Virus record (IMG/VR): IMGVR_UViG_3300045988_128427
From: a virus
Strand: one strand, 5' to 3'
Length of the DNA: 36,356 bases
The translations under genes were made by a program, and so were the position numbers. Below, piece by piece: positions 33,614-36,356 of the stretch (within the stretch, counting starts at the first letter, position 1; each line of letters starts with the position of its first letter). Below the pieces are notes generated by a model. It searched no databases. It worked only from the letters and a program-made list of their open reading frames with translations, and was not told the origin of the DNA.

Positions 33614-34174
33614 ATGAAAGTAAATCCTATTAAGTTTGAACAAAAGTTATTTGTGGCATTAGCGGATAATGTTCCTTTTGATATTAAATGTGATGTGAAT
33701 TATAAGACATCCAGCGGAGGAGTTATCAAAGCTATTTGTGTAAAAAATGTAGCGGTTAGTGTGGATGACGAGGATTACTGCGGAGTATATAAAAATGGTG
33801 AAATGATGGAAGCCTTTAACTATGGGCTTTATCATAATGAGGCTTCTCTTTGCACAGCTATTGTGTTAGCAGTGTATGAGCAACTGAATTCTTCAAAGGA
33901 AGATGCTTTTGGTGTTCTTGACATTGAAAGTGCAAAAGATAACGGGACTCGAAGCATCGCACTCGCAAAAAAAGAGTGGAGCAGTATCGAAATTTATTTG
34001 ATGTTTACGAAAGAGTATTTCAAAAAAATTATTGGGGTTTGGGAAGAATTATCAAAACAAAAAGATTTTGAAGGAAATTCGAAGTATCCGGTTGCAATTA
34101 AAAACGTTAAGTTTTTAAGAGGAACAGAGCAGGACGCTGAAAGACTTCTCTTAAATGTCAAAGAATTGAAGTAA
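33614..34174 (+). CDS. hypothetical early protein (paralogous core with 34211..34651)
   Basis: 186-aa ORF with RBS aaaggag. Confidence 0.6.
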   Translation: MKVNPIKFEQKLFVALADNVPFDIKCDVNYKTSSGGVIKAICVKNVAVSVDDEDYCGVYKNGEMMEAFNYGLYHNEASLCTAIVLAVYEQLNSSKEDAFGVLDIESAKDNGTRSIALAKKEWSSIEIYLMFTKEYFKKIIGVWEELSKQKDFEGNSKYPVAIKNVKFLRGTEQDAERLLLNVKELK

Positions 34175-34210
34175 TGAAAATGGATAAAAGAGAACGAGGA
34201 GAACGAGGCT

Positions 34211-34651
34211 GTGCAGGACCAGAAAAAAGATAAAACTTACAATGCTCTGTCAGATTTCATCAACAACGAGTTAAAAATAGTTTTGACAGTAAAAAACATT
34301 AAAGATGGATATGCGGATTGTGAAGTGCATTTTGAAACAACAGAGCACAAAAATGATGAACGAGGATGGAAAGTAAAAAGAGAGGTATTTGCAAGTGAAC
34401 TTTTTACAATATTGGATAAAACTCTTGTAGGAGCTGATGTCAAATTTAATGCCGATGCAAATGTTATCTTTGTAGAGAATATAAGAATTGAGGTACGTAA
34501 ACATCATTGCGCTGTGTATCAAGATAATGAGTTTATCATGAGTTTTCCTGGCAGAATTTGTTCCGAAATTTACGCATATACAGCAATTGCATTATTAGTT
34601 AATAAGATGCTTCGAGACCAAAAACTAAAAAAGGATGCCCCTTTTAAATAA
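34211..34651 (+). CDS. hypothetical early protein (paralogue of the preceding gene)
   Basis: GTG start after gaggagaacgagg. 146 aa. Confidence 0.5.
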   Translation: MQDQKKDKTYNALSDFINNELKIVLTVKNIKDGYADCEVHFETTEHKNDERGWKVKREVFASELFTILDKTLVGADVKFNADANVIFVENIRIEVRKHHCAVYQDNEFIMSFPGRICSEIYAYTAIALLVNKMLRDQKLKKDAPFK

Positions 34652-34679
34652 AAAAGAACAGATAGGAGGAGTAACAAGG

Positions 34680-35228
34680 ATGAAAAAATTATTTATTTCG
34701 CAACCGATGCGAGACAAAACAGATGAGGAAATTCTTGCCGAAAGAGAAAAGGCGGTAAAAGTAGCAAAAGAAATGTTAAATGAGGATGTTGAGGTTATTG
34801 ATTCTTTCTTCTGGGAAGCACCTCATGATGCTCCACATTGGTATCTTGTTGGAAGATCACTTGAGTTACTTGCTACAGCAGACGTCGCTTTCTTTTGCAC
34901 CGGATGGGAAATGGATACAGGGTGCAGAATTGAACATATATGTGCCAACGAATATGGTATTCGAATCATTAGAAAAATGGATACTAAAGAAAACAATACG
35001 CTGACCAAAAGCGACATAGGTGACATTAAAACCCATTTACTTCAGGTGCAAGGATATTACAGAAAGAGTTTAAATGCCTGGGAACAGTTAATGTCCAAAA
35101 TGTCCAACCCGATAACAATTTTAAACGACAACCTTAAATATTCGTCAGTGGTCGAGAATGTTGCGGTTTTAAGAGAATTGGATCAGAATGTGGAACAGCT
35201 TCTCAATAAAATTGAAGGATTGGAGTGA
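34680..35228 (+). CDS. nucleoside 2-deoxyribosyltransferase-like fold protein (DUF4406/DUF1937-type) with a C-terminal extension
   Basis: ATG at 34680 follows ggaggagtaacaagg. MKKLFISQPMRDKTDEEI...LLATADVAFFCTGWEMDTGCRIEHICANEYGIRII matches the pattern I recall for this family. Confidence 0.5.
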   Translation: MKKLFISQPMRDKTDEEILAEREKAVKVAKEMLNEDVEVIDSFFWEAPHDAPHWYLVGRSLELLATADVAFFCTGWEMDTGCRIEHICANEYGIRIIRKMDTKENNTLTKSDIGDIKTHLLQVQGYYRKSLNAWEQLMSKMSNPITILNDNLKYSSVVENVAVLRELDQNVEQLLNKIEGLE

Positions 35229-35233
35229 GGAAA

Positions 35234-35935
35234 ATGAACAATTTACAGATTTTTAGCAATGAAGAATTTGGTGCTGTAAGAACAATGGTAATTGATAATG
35301 AGCCATGGTTTGTCGGCAAGGATGTAGCAGACATTCTTGAATACACAAACACAGCAAAAGCAATCAGAGACCACATTGATGAGGAAGATAAGCTGACCGA
35401 ACGAATCGTTCTGTCAGGTCAGAATCGAGAAGTGATATTTATTAACGAATCGGGTCTTTACAGTCTTATCCTTTCCAGTAAAATGCCTAATGCGAGAAAG
35501 TTTAAGCGTTGGGTAACCAGCGAAGTCCTTCCGACCCTGCGCAAAACAGGACACTATGAAATGGAGAACTACTCTCCAGAGATGCAAGCAATCTTAATGC
35601 ATGACAAGAAGCTTGTCAAAATGGATGAGAGAGTAACGACTCTGGAAAATACAATGACTTTAGACTATGCTCAGCAGCAGGCACTTGGCGAGGCAGTTAA
35701 TTACGTTGTCATTGATGCGCTTGGTGGAAAAGAAAGTGATGCGTATAAAGAAATCGGAAAGAAAGTATTTTCTGAGTGTAATAGAGACTTGAAGAGATAT
35801 TTTCATGTGAACGCACGAAATAATGTGCCGAAAAAACGCTTTGAAGAAGCTGTTGAATATGTGCAGTGCTGGAGACCTTGCACAAATACTCAAATTGCAA
35901 TCAAGGAGCATAATTCGCAGATGCGATTTGCATAA
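35234..35935 (+). CDS. Bro-N domain antirepressor-like protein
   Basis: MNNLQIFSNEEFGAVRTMVIDNEPWFVGKDVADILEYTNTAKAIRDH...SGLYSLILSSKMPNARKFKRWVTSEVLPTLRKTG is a canonical Bro-N domain. Confidence 0.85.
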   Translation: MNNLQIFSNEEFGAVRTMVIDNEPWFVGKDVADILEYTNTAKAIRDHIDEEDKLTERIVLSGQNREVIFINESGLYSLILSSKMPNARKFKRWVTSEVLPTLRKTGHYEMENYSPEMQAILMHDKKLVKMDERVTTLENTMTLDYAQQQALGEAVNYVVIDALGGKESDAYKEIGKKVFSECNRDLKRYFHVNARNNVPKKRFEEAVEYVQCWRPCTNTQIAIKEHNSQMRFA

Positions 35936-35951
35936 AGAAAGGGGAATCATT

Positions 35952-36356
35952 ATGAAAAAATACGAATTTACAGGAGAAACAAAAACAGTACAGTTTCTTT
36001 TTGAAAATGTAACACTGCACAGAATTCAGGCTATTACTAGTTTTGAAAATGTGGTAGCAGGGGAACTTGGCGGTTGGATTGAGAAAGAAGAAAATCTTTC
36101 TCAAGGTGGCAATGCTTGGGTTGGTGGCAATGCTTGGGTTGGTGACAATGCTCGGGTTGATGGCAATGCTCAGGTTGGTGGCAATGCTCAGGTTAGTGGC
36201 AATGCTCAGGTTAGAGGAAATGCTTGGGTTGGTGGCAATGCTTGGGTTGGTGGCAATGCTCAGGTTAGTGGCAATGCTCAGGTTAGAGGAAATGCTTGGG
36301 TTGGTGGCAATGCTTGGGTTGATGGCAATGCTCGGGTTGATGGCAATGCTCAGGTT
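35952..36356 (+). CDS. N-terminal part of the hexapeptide (GNAxVxG) repeat protein; continues at 2..352
   Basis: ATG at 35952. It translates to MKKYEFTGETKTVQFLFENVTLHRIQAITSFENVVAGELGGWIEKEENLSQG, then GNAWVG/GNAQVS/GNARVD units, and stays open to the window end. Confidence 0.8.
   Translation, partial: MKKYEFTGETKTVQFLFENVTLHRIQAITSFENVVAGELGGWIEKEENLSQGGNAWVGGNAWVGDNARVDGNAQVGGNAQVSGNAQVRGNAWVGGNAWVGGNAQVSGNAQVRGNAWVGGNAWVDGNARVDGNAQV
36105..36356. repeat. 18-bp tandem repeat array, proximal part (about 14 units)
   Basis: Direct reading. Blocks of 72-90 nt are themselves repeated, for example ggcaatgctcaggttagtggcaatgctcaggttagaggaaatgcttgggttggtggcaatgcttgggtt, which occurs twice. Confidence 0.9.

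Noticed and set aside
36105-36356. The regular 18-bp repeats at both window ends could be mistaken for a CRISPR array.
   Set aside because: - The units are contiguous with no spacers.
- They are far shorter than CRISPR repeats.
- They lie in frame inside a long ORF encoding a hexapeptide-repeat protein.

Overview
The window looks like a complete, circularly closed genome of a temperate siphovirus-type phage from a low-GC Gram-positive host. The host call rests on GGAGG-type ribosome binding sites, an ImmR/ImmA-type switch and an amidase_3 endolysin. The first 55 nt are identical to the last 55 nt, so the unique length is about 36,301 bp. One gene, encoding a hexapeptide-repeat protein, runs in phase across that junction.

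Layout:
- Early and replication genes on the + strand, from 33338 across the junction to 6260: Cro-like HTH, paralogous small genes, Bro-N antirepressor, hexapeptide-repeat protein, Gp157, ERF, SSB, replisome organizer, a DPPY DNA methyltransferase, and an ArpU/RinA-like late activator.
- A late-operon leader at 6241-6637: 20-bp tandem repeats, a promoter, a tRNA-like element and a strong terminator.
- Packaging, head, tail and lysis genes on the + strand, 6638-28268: TerS, TerL, portal, a MuF fusion, scaffold, capsid, neck and tail genes, a split tape measure gene, Dit, collagen-like fibre genes, holin and amidase.
- An attP region at 28281-28653.
- The lysogeny and accessory module on the - strand, 28699-33186: tyrosine integrase, lipoprotein, an atypical long MazF/PemK-like protein, ImmA protease and an XRE repressor.

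Most noteworthy observations:
1. A MuF head-morphogenesis protein has a C-terminal deaminase-like toxin domain. It is followed by a small acidic candidate immunity gene and a dedicated terminator.
2. An AT-rich, solo, 252-aa MazF-like gene carries an N-terminal extension and a large helical insertion. It sits at the prophage accessory hotspot.
3. The tape measure gene is interrupted by a roughly 1.16-kb AT-rich element encoding a multi-zinc-finger HNH endonuclease. Its boundaries fit a group I intron.
4. The late leader architecture resembles a lambda-type promoter plus terminator arrangement.
5. attP contains what looks like a tRNA-Trp 3' fragment flanked by two classes of direct repeats.

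All functional calls come from reading the translated ORFs and recalling family motifs. No database search was run.
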